64,000 nucleotides of DNA from Octopus bimaculoides (taxonomy: Eukaryota). A program made the translations under genes and the position numbers. Numbering within the stretch: the stretch's first letter is position 1; every line of letters begins with the position of its first letter. The stretch lies in contig NC_068997.1 in the NCBI RefSeq assembly GCF_001194135.2, positions 47,762,988-47,826,987 of the forward strand. The letters run 5' to 3'. This document shows positions 38,200 to 50,150 of the stretch, in pieces. The notes under the pieces were generated by a model that did no database searches, was not told the DNA's origin, and saw only the letters and a list, made by a program, of their open reading frames with translations.

Positions 38200-38560
38200 A
38201 GAATGAATAAGGGAAAGATATAGGGGAAGACGTGTGGGGGCAGACTGATTTCACTGCGCCTCTTACACCTGTGATACTAGAAATGGCAGCTTTTTGACCT
38301 CTGTGCAAGTACAAAAGTCACTGATAGGTGTTAGTGGTGTAAATTGCAGACCCCTACTAAGGAAGGTGGGGTCAGCTTTGGAGAGAGGTAAGTTGGAAAA
38401 GTGGAAGAATGGCAACAATAAAGGGCATGGATATCAATAATGAGATTGTGTATAGCATGGATGAAGGTGTACGAGAAGGAACAGAAGACAGTAGAGACAG
38501 AAGCTTAGGGATTCCAGAACGAATAAAATGTTCAAGTTTTAATGAGATCTGCATAAGATT
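38200..38560 (-). mobile_element. CR1/L2-type LINE 3' remnant
   Basis: Minus-strand ...SEISLPPHVFPYIF resembles WNSLPPHVFP; heavily decayed. Confidence 0.4.
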
Positions 38561-40743
38561 TTATGTGTGTGTTCAACTTCTGTGTAATGCAATATGAGAA
38601 TTTATTATCCATTCTCACTAAGCTTCTGAACATTTCATTGAAAATATACCTTATTGACCATTGAATGAATTCTAGTTTAAATTGTTAACAGCCCAAAATC
38701 TAATGTGCAAGTGTCAATTGTCTTAAGCAAGACTTTAAAAAAAACATGTGACATAGAATATAGGAATAAGGATTTTTAGTTTGCTATTTTGCTATGAAAT
38801 TAGAACTAATAAAATTAGTTCAAGGAATGGTCAATCAGGGATACAACAAAAACATTAGATTTTTGCTATCAATTAGAAAACTTAGAAATAGAATATGTTC
38901 TGCTGAAGACAAATGCAAAGATTGCATCCAATTTAATGGAAGTCTGAAAAAAATCTGATCAGTAGTAAAAGAAGCAATAAATCTGATGCCTTCAGATATT
39001 TTTAAGAAAGCTGATGCATCTAACAATACCCTGAAGAGACTAATCCAAGTGTCAAATCTCTTTGCCAGATGAAGCAGAGATACTGCTTGCAAAGAATACT
39101 ACAAATTGTTTAGTATTGTAGAAAATGAAACTGAGCCAATTCAGTACCCAGTGTTAACATTTTATTACCCACCATTTAAGTTTAATGAACAGTGGTGAAG
39201 GTACAATATGGTCAAATAGTTACGTTTGCTTCATAACTACAGGGTCCTGGATTCAATATCTCTGCAAGTCTACCATTTTATACTAGCTTAAAAGCTGCAT
39301 TTCAAGCAGACTTTTAGGCTAGCTCCTGTAGAGGAGCTAATAGGGCCTGCGACCCAAAACTAAAAAGCATGGTATTTAGCTTCAGTTTAAATATGTTATT
39401 ACAAGTTTTTCATTTAAAGTTCACATTTTTGGAGTTTTTACAATTTTAATTTTCAATTGTTAGAATATAAATCCTCACCATGATCCCAATGCTGGATGTT
39501 CAAGAACCAAATGAAGGGCAGAATTTCAATCCTGGGATCATCCCGATTCCAAAAACGTATGTCTATGTAGAGCAAATGTAGAGAGAGATACAGGGGTCCC
39601 AGACAGATGGACTGACAGAATTTCACATTTATTAATAGATGCACATGCACTTTAAAGTTTATGGAGCAATCAAAGCAGAATCATTGTATACTTTACACTT
39701 CAGAAATGAAGTGAGGACAAAGCTGGTGCAGCATAATTAACCGTCCCATATATTTGTGCAACATGGGCGTTGCAGTCAATTTGTCAGAACTGTTACCCTT
39801 CTACTATCTTTTGAAGTAGATTCAAATGTTTAATTTTTAGGCATTTTCAGTACACAAGTAGGTAAATATTGATAATCTGAGTAAGCTATCTTGTTTGAGT
39901 GTATACAAATACATGTGCGGAGGTTATAATGAAGACAATTGTTCAAATCTTTAGTTAATGTTTAAAATATTTCTTTTATCAGTGTTTTACATTAACTTTG
40001 GAATAAGGTAAACTAAGCCCTATAACACTTCTAAGCCTCATCAGTTACATCTACGGAAAGTGGTGGTAGCAGGACTATGATTGCCATGGTGAGAGAGAGA
40101 GAGAGAGAGAGTAAAAGAGAAAGAAAGAAAGTGTGTGCGTGCGCGTGTGTGTGTGTACGTACACAGATGTATACCTGCACAGTAATTCAGGGCAGTGTGG
40201 GTTCAAATGCAAATATTTGTGGTCTGCAGTGACATGGACTGAAGTGTATAAAATAGACTTGGTANNNNNNNNNNNNNNNAAAAAAAAAAAAAAAAAAAAG
40301 CATACTAAAAGGTGTTATAGTTTAGTAACAAGCACGACACTACTAAAAAGACTTGGAAGTATTCAAGCAAGTTAGATTTTCACAAAAATTATTTTATTTG
40401 CATTAAGACCAATACAGTTTTTATATACATATATAAATACATATATATACATGTGCACAAGTTCATTTAAAGTGTAATCACGAATGCCAGGACATTTGAT
40501 ATCTATATACTGAGGAGTTCAAAAAGGTGAATTGTGTTAGTAACCAGATTACAGCTGTATAACAAACCGATATCTCAAAGAATATAAAAAAAAAAATTTA
40601 AAAAAGTGAATTTAACAGTTTTTGTTGAGATGGTTCTTCCACGATGCCACTACTTGGCTTTCATCATGGTTTCACAATCAAGTGAAGAAATCAAAACTTA
40701 AAAATTTTGATATCTTTAACAAAATGTTTCCTTTTTAATTAGA

Positions 40744-40780
<37 letters not shown>

Positions 40781-40847
40781 CAGTAGGAATTTTACAAGGG
40801 ATAAATACAATTTTTCTGTAGACTTCATTTATTACCCAGTTTAACAT

Positions 40848-40980
40848 GGCTACTCATTACCTTCAAGAGCTTTTAACGGAATCCAATCTGTTGCGAATCC
40901 TGTCATAGCTTGTCCTAAGCCAGGTTGGGAAAGGGAGGAAGGCTGAGTGTAGTACTAGCACCCCAACCCTGTAATAAAAC
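40848..40980 (+). ncRNA. RTE-type 5' UTR with decayed HDV-like ribozyme motif
   Basis: ggctact...tgcgaatcctgtcatagcttgtcctaagcc...ggctgagtg...ctagcaccccaaccctgtaa resembles RTE 5'-UTR HDV-like folds; 5 of 7 P1 positions pair (ggctact/catagct). Confidence 0.35.
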
Positions 40981-41064
40981 CCGCTCCCCACAGAAACCAC
41001 TTTGAACTTGCCAAGTCTTGAAGAAAACTGACATAGGAGCAAGGGACCGTTTCAACATGGATTG

Positions 41065-41430
41065 TTGACTAAATAGGAAGGGAAATGGCTTCGAGATTGA
41101 CTTTGCAAAACCATATTTATAAATAGTTTTAGATAATGCAACAAAAGAGCTAACCATTAATACTCATGGATTGTACCAATAAAACATTACATTTTGGGGT
41201 AAAGTCTGCCCCAAGGGTTTTTAAACACCTAATGGATATTATGCTTGTGGATTTTTCATATGCTTATGTGTACCTGAATGACATTATATCACCAACTGAA
41301 GTTGAACATAAAGAGCATTTAAGGAATCTCTTAAAATGAATTAATATGATCTTTGTCTAAAACCAGAAACATGTCAATTAGCATATTTAGGTTTTGTTAT
41401 GAAGAAAGATGGACATTTTGCAGATCCTGG
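41065..41430 (+). mobile_element. Gypsy/Ty3 reverse transcriptase remnant
   Basis: Frameshifted IDFAKPYL*IVLDNATKELTINTHGLYQ...FGVKSAPRVFKHLMDIMLVDFSYAYVYLNDII (YLDD eroded to YLND). Confidence 0.85.
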
Positions 41431-41974
41431 AAAAAAAAAAAGAAAAAAAAAAAGAAAAAAAACGGCAGTTATCAAAAAATTACACCTGGAAAATGCCACA
41501 AATTGTTATGAAGTTAGAAAACATACAGCAGCCTGAGGCTGATAAACCAGTGGTCTGTGGGTCAGAGATGGGGCCCACAGGTCAGGCTCAACATGGAGCA
41601 ATTACATGTCAAGCTGAAGATGTGGTCCATTGCTGTAAGGCTAGAGGAACCAGATGACCAGAATCTGGTGCTAATATTTAGGACGGGTTTCCAGTTAGAT
41701 TCTTTTCCTCCCTGCTACTAGTATTCAGAAGCTCTGAACAAAAAAAAAAAACTGAAATCTCACAAGGTTTAATGTTTGATTTTGTCACTGTTTCTAATTT
41801 TTAATTTTGCTAAATTTAAAATTGGAAACTGAGGAAATCAAACATTTCTAACAGAATCAAAATAAAGATAAGCACAGACTCAAACATTCAAGAGACTTTA
41901 GAGATAGGATTAGCATAAAGAAAAATGTGACAGGACTAAGAATCATGCATTTTATGAGAAATAACATTGTTATT

Positions 41975-42320
41975 AGGTTTCCATTGAGCCAATCACCGAT
42001 TCAGTGCATAGTCTTGAGCAAAACATTTCAATCTTGGGACAAAATATTGAATGAGAGCATCCACTCATTGGTGTATGGTACAGAACTGGGTAAAGAAGAA
42101 AAAAATGGGTATGGCCATACTATTACCATGCTGAAGACGAGTATGTGCTCAATTCTTTTTCCACAGAATGGGAGCATTCTGAAATTCTTATCTGCCCATG
42201 TTTTTCTCCACCTCATCACAGAGGGCCTGCAAAGACCATGTGTATTGTCTTCCTCCAGACCACACCAATATATAAAAAAAGTCCATTATAACTTAACTAT
42301 AATTCTCCTTTCCAGCCATA
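41975..42320 (-). mobile_element. Decayed mariner transposase fragment
   Basis: Mosaic-frame ...RML..KRIEH...QYFVPRLK...AQWK resembles mariner WVPRML...HHFDPETK.QSMQWK. Confidence 0.35.
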
Positions 42321-43327
42321 ACAAGCACTTCAAAATTAAAAAAAAAAAAAAAAGGAGCTCTCTTAAATAGAATAAACTATCAATGCTATCAATTCTATTT
42401 AATTGGGGAGATAAAATTTCAAAAGGTGTATTTAAGTTTAAGTGATCTAAGATGTCCTTTTACAGTTGTCAAAAGATCACTGGCTGAAATGATATTTTTC
42501 ACACTTTACAGTAAGAAATGTTCATGACACATCTAAACATCTGCATTTTAAAACCAATGCCAAAGATCCCTTACCACTTTTCTCGGCTTCCAGATTTTAC
42601 CCTCATTTCCTTGGAGCAGTTTAATAAATTTTACATAAGTCAATATGAGAGAAGATTTATACCACTGAAAAGAGTAAATTCGATGCCACATGTGAAATTA
42701 TAGAATTCTGACCATCACAGAGGCTACGTTAAAAACTAAATCCTTAGAAACTAAATCACAATTTGGAAACTTTTATTCATACCAAAAATCTTCATTAAGT
42801 GTGTGCGTGTTTGTCAGAGTACACACACACACACACACACACCACTACTGGCATATTGTTCAAATTTTCATAAACATCCCCTTTATAGGATCAAGTCTTT
42901 ATTTGGCTTAGAGATTTTCTCACAGCAACAAGTCAATTACTACATAAATATTTTTGCAAGCATATATAAAGTTGCTCTTGTGAACTGATGACATGTAACC
43001 CAGTACAACTTGCCACATGGTCAGGTCATCAACAACTAGACTGGCAACCCTGCCATGCTTTTATTTAGTGAGGAGTGAGCTTGGACACACTGAGATTAAA
43101 AGAAGTTGACAAAAGACAGAACTCAGAAGAGTTATCTCTCAACCAATATTGTGTAACAAGACGAAAGGGGAGAAAAGGGAGCTGACTACCTTGGGCATAA
43201 AATGATCAACAGAATGAAAGGACATTCCAAAGGTGAAATGAAGACTGAGGGGAATAATCACCTGAACAGAGTTCTCATGAGCCAGGTTTTTATATTCAGT
43301 GATTAAAAGTACAACTGAATTAAGCAC

Positions 43328-43601
43328 AATTAAACCTTGGGAGAGGCTTTATGCCGGTAATAAACACACGCACTGGTTCAGTCCTTTATTAATTTATAAA
43401 TGGAAGTGGAGAGACAAGTTACTGAAGAGATTGCAAGAGTGCAATGAAATAATTTAACAAAAAACTATATAAATTAACAAAGGACTGAACCAGTGCGTGT
43501 GTTTATTACCGGCATAATGCCTCTCCCAAGGTTTAATTGTATTTCTTTCAACACACGTATCCACATCAAGAATCTTGCACACGAAATACACATACGAAAT
43601 A
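43328..43601 (+). mobile_element. 274-bp fold-back retroposon-like element with apical hammerhead, flanked by a 12-bp TSD
   Basis: TSD tgaattaagcac at 43316-43327 and 43602-43613; inverted arms 43328-43398 / 43468-43538 (69/71); 63-nt unique 3' tail. Confidence 0.85.
43418..43458 (+). ncRNA. Minimal type I hammerhead ribozyme motif
   Basis: gtta-CTGAAGA-g-attgca/agag/tgcaat-GAAA-taatt-taac: stem I gtta/taac, stem II 6 bp, 2-bp stem III, AUU triplet. Confidence 0.6.
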
Positions 43602-44579
43602 TGAATTAAGCACCATGGCTCTAAAACAACATCTAGACAGATCTGTGCACTATTAACATATATAAAGTGGATCTGCTTTCAGTTTTGATGAGTATTTCAG
43701 TTGCTCACTCAGCTGAGCTGCAAACATGTAACTGGCTCAGTGTTCCACACACACGCACATATGTACTCTTACTGCAATCTTTTGGAAGAATCAACATGAC
43801 ATGATAATGAGACAAGGCTGGTCCCTTTGAATTTCAAAGGGATTACAATCATACTTTGAATCTGGACTACAGCTAACAAGAGTTTCCTAACCAAAGTAAT
43901 TTATTTTGCCATTTCTGAAGCTGGTAAATAAGATGGTTTAGAAGCGTTCTTTCAAATGAACTACAGTTGCCTCAGAATATCATATAGAAAAAGACAAGAT
44001 AATTAACTGTACAGGAATTGTTTTATAAATATCAGCTTCATATTTTGTTACAAAACCAGCGATTTAGAGAGAGCACATAAGTTGATTGCATCAACCCCAG
44101 TGCTCAACTTGTACTCATTTTATTGAACTGAAGAGGAGAAAAAGTAAAGCTGACCCTAGTAGCATCTGAGCTCAGAACAAGGTCAGAAGAAATGCTACAC
44201 ATTTTGTTCAGTGTGGTAACATTTCTGTTGGCTTGCCACTTAAGTGTTTCATGAATATCAAAAATTATGTAAACCAACATAAGAATAAATCACTGAACAT
44301 ATAATACATTCCTATTTTGTGTCAGCCATTTGACTATGGCTATGTTGGTGCACTACTTTTTGTCAAACAATTCGACCCTGGACTAAAGACTTTCAGTTGA
44401 TTTACCAAATCCATTCACAACAGCTTGAGTGGCCCAAAGCTTGCCTAAGGTGCCACACAGTGGGACTGAACCTGTGGTAGCAGGCCAAATTAATCCCTGC
44501 CTAGATTAAACATGGCTATAGCTTAGCCCGGACCAGAGTATACCCCAGGGGATATGCTCCCCTAGGCTAAACTGCACTG

Positions 44580-44745
44580 AAGGCCTGTCATGACAACCCG
44601 ATTTCTGGTGGCCATTTTGGAAGGGATAAAATATTTACTAAAATCTGTGACAAACCTGGAAGGGAATGAAGAATGCCATTCACCAACATGTCAAAAGCTG
44701 TCAAAAACGTTTTGTCATAAATCCCAAAGTCAGCAAGGAGGTCAG
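44580..44745 (+). mobile_element. Gypsy integrase zinc-binding (H2C2) remnant
   Basis: ACHDNPISGGHFGRDKIFTKICD..WKGMKNAIHQHVKSCQK (with frameshift). Confidence 0.8.
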
Positions 44746-45702
44746 GGTTGACATGTTCGTTCCCCTTCAGGAAACATCAAACAGCAACAAATATATAGTA
44801 ACTGCATTCAATGTAGTCCAGATTCAAATGTGATAATGTGTTTAAAGATAGAAATCAAAGTAAAATCATTATCGACACTGGAAATAGTGTTTTATGAATA
44901 TCAAAATTAAAGCAACACTGGAATGCATTTTATGTCAATATGAAAGCCACAAAATGCCTTCTGAAATATAACTTTAGAGACACTGCCAGCAGAAATAATT
45001 TTTTTGGCATTTCTAAAGCTGCTAGAAGATGATTAAGTAATGGCATTTGATGCAATTGACATTTGAAAGTGCATGCACATTGAGAAAAAGACAAATTGTG
45101 ATAACTGTACAGGAAATACAATAAGTGCTTTACTAATATCAAAAATTATAAACCAACACTGGAATGTATTACTTATCCAGTAGTTTATATAAATAAAGCT
45201 TGTAAAAACTATTAGATACAATAACAATTTGAATAATGTACACATTGAAACAAATAAGAAAACTTGGGTCAAGGAGTCTTCAATATTTTCTGACTGAAGT
45301 AATTTCTTCATTTTTGAAGCTAATGACACATAGGTGCTAAATCATTGTGTTTCTATCAATGTTTGAATGAGCAATGTATTTAGAACAAAATTGAAAGGAA
45401 GAATAAACCATACAGTAAATGTGTTTCACACATATTGGTTACTAATTTTGGCACAAGGCCAGCAATTTCTAGAGATGGGAGTGGTTGATGACATTGACCC
45501 TCAAGGTTCAACTGGTACCTATTTTATCAACCCTGAAAGGACAAAAAACAAAGATGACCCTGATAGAATTTGAACTCAGAACTTAAAGTTGGAAGTGCTG
45601 TGCATTTTGTCTGTTGCAGTAGCAATTCTGTCAGCTTGCCACCTTAATGCATTCTGTGTTGATTTGTATAATTTTTACTATTTGTAAAACATTGTGTCCA
45701 AT

Positions 45703-45860
45703 ACAACTAAATCCTGGGAGAGGCATTATGCCGGTAATAAACACACGCACTGGTTCAGTCCTTTATTACCGGCATAATGCCTCTCTCAAGGTTTAATTGT
45801 ATTTCTTTCAACACACGTATCCACATCAAGAATCTTGCACATGAAATACACATACGAAAT
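45703..45860 (+). mobile_element. Internally deleted sibling of the 43328 fold-back element, with its own 12-bp TSD
   Basis: TSD attgtgtccaat at 45691-45702 and 45861-45872; left arm joined to right arm at tttatt microhomology; same 3' tail ending catacgaaat. Confidence 0.85.
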
Positions 45861-46044
45861 ATTGTGTCCAATGTATTTATACACATGCTGTTGGCAGTTT
45901 CATCTCCCTTTCTTTCCAATGTAGAGCTATGCTTGAAAAATCTTTCTACTGAGAGCCAAGCTAATACATTTCTTGTGCATGTCTTCTCTGTTCATTTTAT
46001 TCATTTATTTGAATTGACTATATATATATATATATATAACCCAT

Positions 46045-46434
46045 AATGGGGTCTATAAATGTACTGTAGCTACCCCAACTAATAATTACATTTATGTTGG
46101 TTGCACAATCAACCTTAAACAACGATTATATAATTATTTTTCTTCATTTAGACTTAAACATAAAGCCAATAGCACATCATTATCTAATAAAATTTGGGAA
46201 TTGAAGGAAAATGGTATCGATTTTAATCTTAAATGGGAAATCGTCAGGAGAGCACAACCTTATAGAAATAGTAGATATGGCTGTGGACTGTGCTCTATGG
46301 AAATTTATGAAATTTTTAAACTTAAGGATAATCCCAATCTAATTAACAATAGATATGATCTTAGGGTTCTATGTGTGCATTGTTACTCCCGCACCTTTAA
46401 ATATTTTAAAAAAGTAAACATTTTAAAAAGTTAA
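46045..46434 (+). pseudogene. Penelope-like element GIY-YIG endonuclease C-terminus (frameshifted)
   Basis: GVYKCTVATPTNNYIYVGCTINLKQRLYN / SFRLKHKANSTSLSNKIWELKENGIDFNLKWEIVRRAQPYRNSRYGCGLCSMEIYEI...LINNR; GIY-YIG motif plus the LS..IW.LK...W.I....PY....C.LC pattern of PLEs; frameshift in a poly-T run. Confidence 0.88.
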
Positions 46435-47416
46435 TCTTGCTAATAATTTTTTACTTTAATTTCTCTCATTTCCCTGACTAATAACTACTTTGAGTTATAA
46501 CTTTTAAATATAAAAGTTAGAATACATTTTAACCTTTCCCAACCCACTGATAATATTCCTACATTTTCTCTAGGTAATTCTGAGTCTCTTCTACCATATT
46601 ACTTTTTCGAAAACCTTAGCTTTAATTCTCTTAATTTAGTCCCGTTTTTCTAACTTTATTCCTCTCCTTTTTTTCCTCCTCCTTCTTCCCCCCTTTCTTT
46701 TTGTTCAGATTTTGGCCATTAATATTATGGTTTTACTCATAAATAATATCTCTTCTACTACCCCACATTAATGTATATCTTATTTCAACTATAAATGTTT
46801 ATCTTGTTCTAATTTAATTATTAATGTTCCCTATGGTTTTAAACTTAGTACTTTAGTGTTTCCTTGTATTATTCTAAATATACTGTAGAATAGATATATT
46901 TCTTTAATACCTTGACCTTAATTCCCTTACCTTAAATTTTCTCTAACCACTCCTTAGGGTATTGTCTTTCCATTTTTTTTTTTATCCTCATGCTTGATTT
47001 ACCCCTAACCTGCTGTCCATCACTACTTAATCTACCTTCCTCTAAATTTGAAATTACTACTACCCCTCCAATTAGATTATATAGAATTTAAATTCTTGTT
47101 TGATTCACTAGACTGTTGAACAGCAGCATAGTCAAGATGGTATGTTTTCTTCTCTTACTCTTTTTTGCACACATCTACAAAATGACTTTCTAAAATGCAG
47201 CTAAGGAGTACATTTTCATTGTACATTTTATGTAGTGTTCTCACTAAATGAATAAATGGAGCTTGTACGAAACATACGTACTGCTATGACCTATTGAATT
47301 TTTGTTGCTATTCTTCAAATTTTAATCACCAAATCTCTCGATTTTGATTTGGGTTTTTACCCTACCAAATTCTGGTGCCTCAAACATTTTAAGTACCACA
47401 TTTAATCTTGATTAAA

Positions 47417-47463
<47 letters not shown>

Positions 47464-47689
47464 CGTGTGTGTATATATATTTTCTGAAAAACATATCAAT
47501 TTAAAAAAAATATATATTTAAAATTTCTACAAATGAAAAATATGAATTTTCCAAATTATAGGAGGGATTACTTTTACAGACTCAAAGGACAGTATACATT
47601 TTAATATTCTCAATATATTTAAATATTTTAATTAATATCTTATATATATATATATCATTCGTTTTTAACACATATATAAAAACTCCATT

Positions 47690-47779
47690 CATCTCTGAAG
47701 AGCGGAATTATTGCCAGTATGCTTATCTATATTGATTACATTGTGGAGGCAACAATGTCCGTGAAACGATCGTCAGATG
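47690..47779 (+). ncRNA. Type I hammerhead ribozyme with palindromic stem III (PLE-type)
   Basis: catct-CTGAAGA-gcggaattattgcc...ggcaacaatgtccgt-GAAA-cgatc-GTC-agatg: stem I 5 bp, extended stem II, ACGATCGT palindrome, GUC triplet (cleavage 3' of 47774). Confidence 0.85.
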
Positions 47780-48159
47780 CTTTTTAATTTTTAGACTTTC
47801 ATAATATTTATACTCAATTACGCATACATTTTTATATACATTTATATATGCATTTACTTTTATGCACATTTATATATATTTATATTTTGTACATCTTAAA
47901 TTTTGATTTAATTATAATTCAAAATAATTGTGTCACATTAAACATAAATCTTTCGGAAATTTGGATATTGATTTCCTGTGAATATTATTAATAATTTTCT
48001 AAATTTATTCATGATATAATAACATATATATCTATTTGCTCAAAGTAATAGAGCACTTAATATAAGCTCAATAAAATATTCCTTTTGAATATTCTTTATA
48101 AAATTTTTTTATATATATATATATATATATATATTTGACATGGAACAAAAATGTCCATA

Positions 48160-48770
48160 ATTCAAGCCATGTGTGACAAATCTGTCACAGAGCACCAGCT
48201 CGACATACACCAAGACTAGATCCCTAGAGAGGAAAATTTCCATGAGATGACAAAGACTGCAAACTACCTGAAGGAACCTCAAAAGTAATGAAAAATTGTG
48301 TCTGAAGAGAGCACTATTAGATATTGAGAAAAGTCTACATCAATAGAGAGATAAGGAAAGAGAAGAGAAAGAAGATAAGGAAACCTGGGTTATAGAAAAT
48401 ATTAAGTCAAGCCCTAAAGCTTTAACTTTGCCAAAGAAACAACTTCAGTGCACTACAAGATAAAGCCCCCTCTTCCAAAAAGATGGCTCTGTCACAGGAG
48501 ATCCAATGAGGATAAGTGAAATACTGAATGAGCAGTTCCAATGTGTGTTCACTCCTCTGGGAGAGGCAAGTCAAGAAACCAGTACAATTTTTTGCCACTT
48601 AACCCATGACCAAAGAGGCAAAAATAAATTTCATTGACATTAAAGATAACACTTGCCATAGATAAGGTGGACAAAAATTCAGCTCCTGGCCCTGATGGAT
48701 TCCCAGCAATCCTTCTCAAATTGTCCAAATGAGTCCTTTCAAAGTCATTAAAATCATTCTTACTGTAAGA
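48160..48770 (+). mobile_element. CR1-group LINE ORF2 remnant (EN-RT linker)
   Basis: ENIKSSPK...PLFQKDGSVTGDPMRISEILNEQFQCVFTP...DKNSAPGPDGFPAILLK. Confidence 0.8.
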
Positions 48771-48854
48771 ATGCTCAAAAATAATAAACCCTCAGGCATC
48801 AGTCTGATGACAGACATCGAATGAAGTTGTCCTGCTTCTTCCTGTTTGTAGATT

Positions 48855-48945
48855 TTTGTGATGGCTGAAATGGAGGAACAGCAGGCTTCTGTGAAATTCA
48901 GTTTTCTGCTGGGGAAAATGGCAGCTGAAACAGTTATTACTCAGC
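48855..48945 (+). mobile_element. Mariner transposase N-terminal (HTH) fragment
   Basis: MAEMEEQQASVKFSFLLGKMAAETV resembles M....EQR..VKFCF.LGK.AAET. Confidence 0.7.
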
Positions 48946-49248
48946 ACAGTCTGGGGAGTGGTTTCTGTTCAAAAGGGCATCCAGTTGTGAAAAACCATGC
49001 CAAAACAGGCACAAAAGCATGGTGCATGCTCCTGCCTGGCCAGCTGTCAAGCCATCCAACCCATGTCAGCATGGAAGGACATTAGACGATGATGATCATG
49101 GAAGGACATTAGACGATGATGATCATGAAAGACGAAAGACACCCAGACAACCACATATCGTCTTTCTTTCATATTTTTGTCACTCTTACATTTTCTTTAC
49201 TCTCTCTTCACTCCTCTCTTTAATATATTTCACATGTCTTCTCTTCAG

Positions 49249-49395
49249 GTTAACCAAACAAATTCAGGTGGTAAAACTCTCCTGATGGCCGCTTGTTATC
49301 AAGGAAACAGATTCAATAAACTTGACAAAAACTGGAGCTGATTTAGACATAACTAACAAAGATGGTGAAACAGCTTTACATTATACTGTGCCTAG
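49249..49395 (+). pseudogene. Orphan frameshifted ankyrin-repeat exon (MIB-like ankyrin) with intact splice sites
   Basis: cttctcttcag|VNQTNSGGKTLLMAACYQGN-frameshift-DSINLTKTGADLDITNKDGETALHYTVP|gtaagt. At 147 nt the exon cannot join its phase-0 start frame to its phase-2 end frame, and the start frame reaches TGA. Confidence 0.75.
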
Positions 49396-49679
49396 GTAAG
49401 TCCAGAATTAACTAAAATCTGCACCCCCCGCTTTTGTTTCTAAATTTCTTGCAATTCCAGACAAATTAAATATCCAAAGCTGCCATAGTAGTGGCAGTGT
49501 CAAATAATAACATAGTAGTAACCAAATAACATCTTTTTCTCATTTTTCCATGAATCCACTTCATTGAATCTTCAAAAAAATTGATTATTTGTTGTCAAAG
49601 CAGATTCTTGTTTTGGAGATATTCTTTGAGAGCCAACAGTTCTTAAGATTGACCCAGTGTGATTTAGTGTCCTCTCTTG

Positions 49680-50150
49680 CCGTTTACGGCAGTGCTTGGA
49701 AGGAACATGTGTAATATGTGATCGTCATATTGACCATGGCACAGAGTTGTCAGGGTAATACCTGCTCAGAAGCCTACAAACTTCTGTCTGCACCTGATTA
49801 TATACGTATGAGGTCTGATCAATAGGTGTCCAGCCTGTTGCTATAGTAATGAAGCTAGAGTATCCAGAGTGAAGCTGTTGGGCAAAAATTGACTGATCTC
49901 TGCTCTGCAGAGTTTCAACATTCTGGCTCACTTCTGCTGTTTACGGCAGTGCTTGGAAGGAACATGTGTAATATGTGATCGTCATATTGACCATGGCACA
50001 GAGTTGTCAGGGTAATACCTGCTCAGAAGCCTACAAAGTTGCGGAAAGTGTATGGAGAGGAGTGTATGTACTGCTTTGAATAGTGGAAAATGCACCTGCA
50101 CTGGTGCATTACTTCAAAAGTAGAATACTTTGAAGGCTATAAAAGTATAT
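49680..50150 (+). mobile_element. Mariner-derived MITE with 258-bp tandem duplication; further copy 51659-51925, related end at about 60320-60400
   Basis: tatgaggtctgatcaatagg terminus; gtttacggcagtgcttggaaggaacatgtg block at 49682, 49940 and about 51827; 3' piece gtgcattacttcaaaagtagaatactttgaagg. Confidence 0.7.

Larger units (their letters stand above)
46040..48135 (+). mobile_element. 5'-truncated Penelope-like element with long pyrimidine-rich 3' region, bounded by (TA)n
   Basis: GIY-YIG fragment and co-oriented hammerhead between (TA)n tracts near 46019-46038 and 48110-48135; boundaries approximate and the region may be composite. Confidence 0.6.

Noticed and set aside
41927-42370. 147-aa + strand ORF
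   Set aside because: No recognisable domain; it is antisense to a probable decayed mariner fragment.
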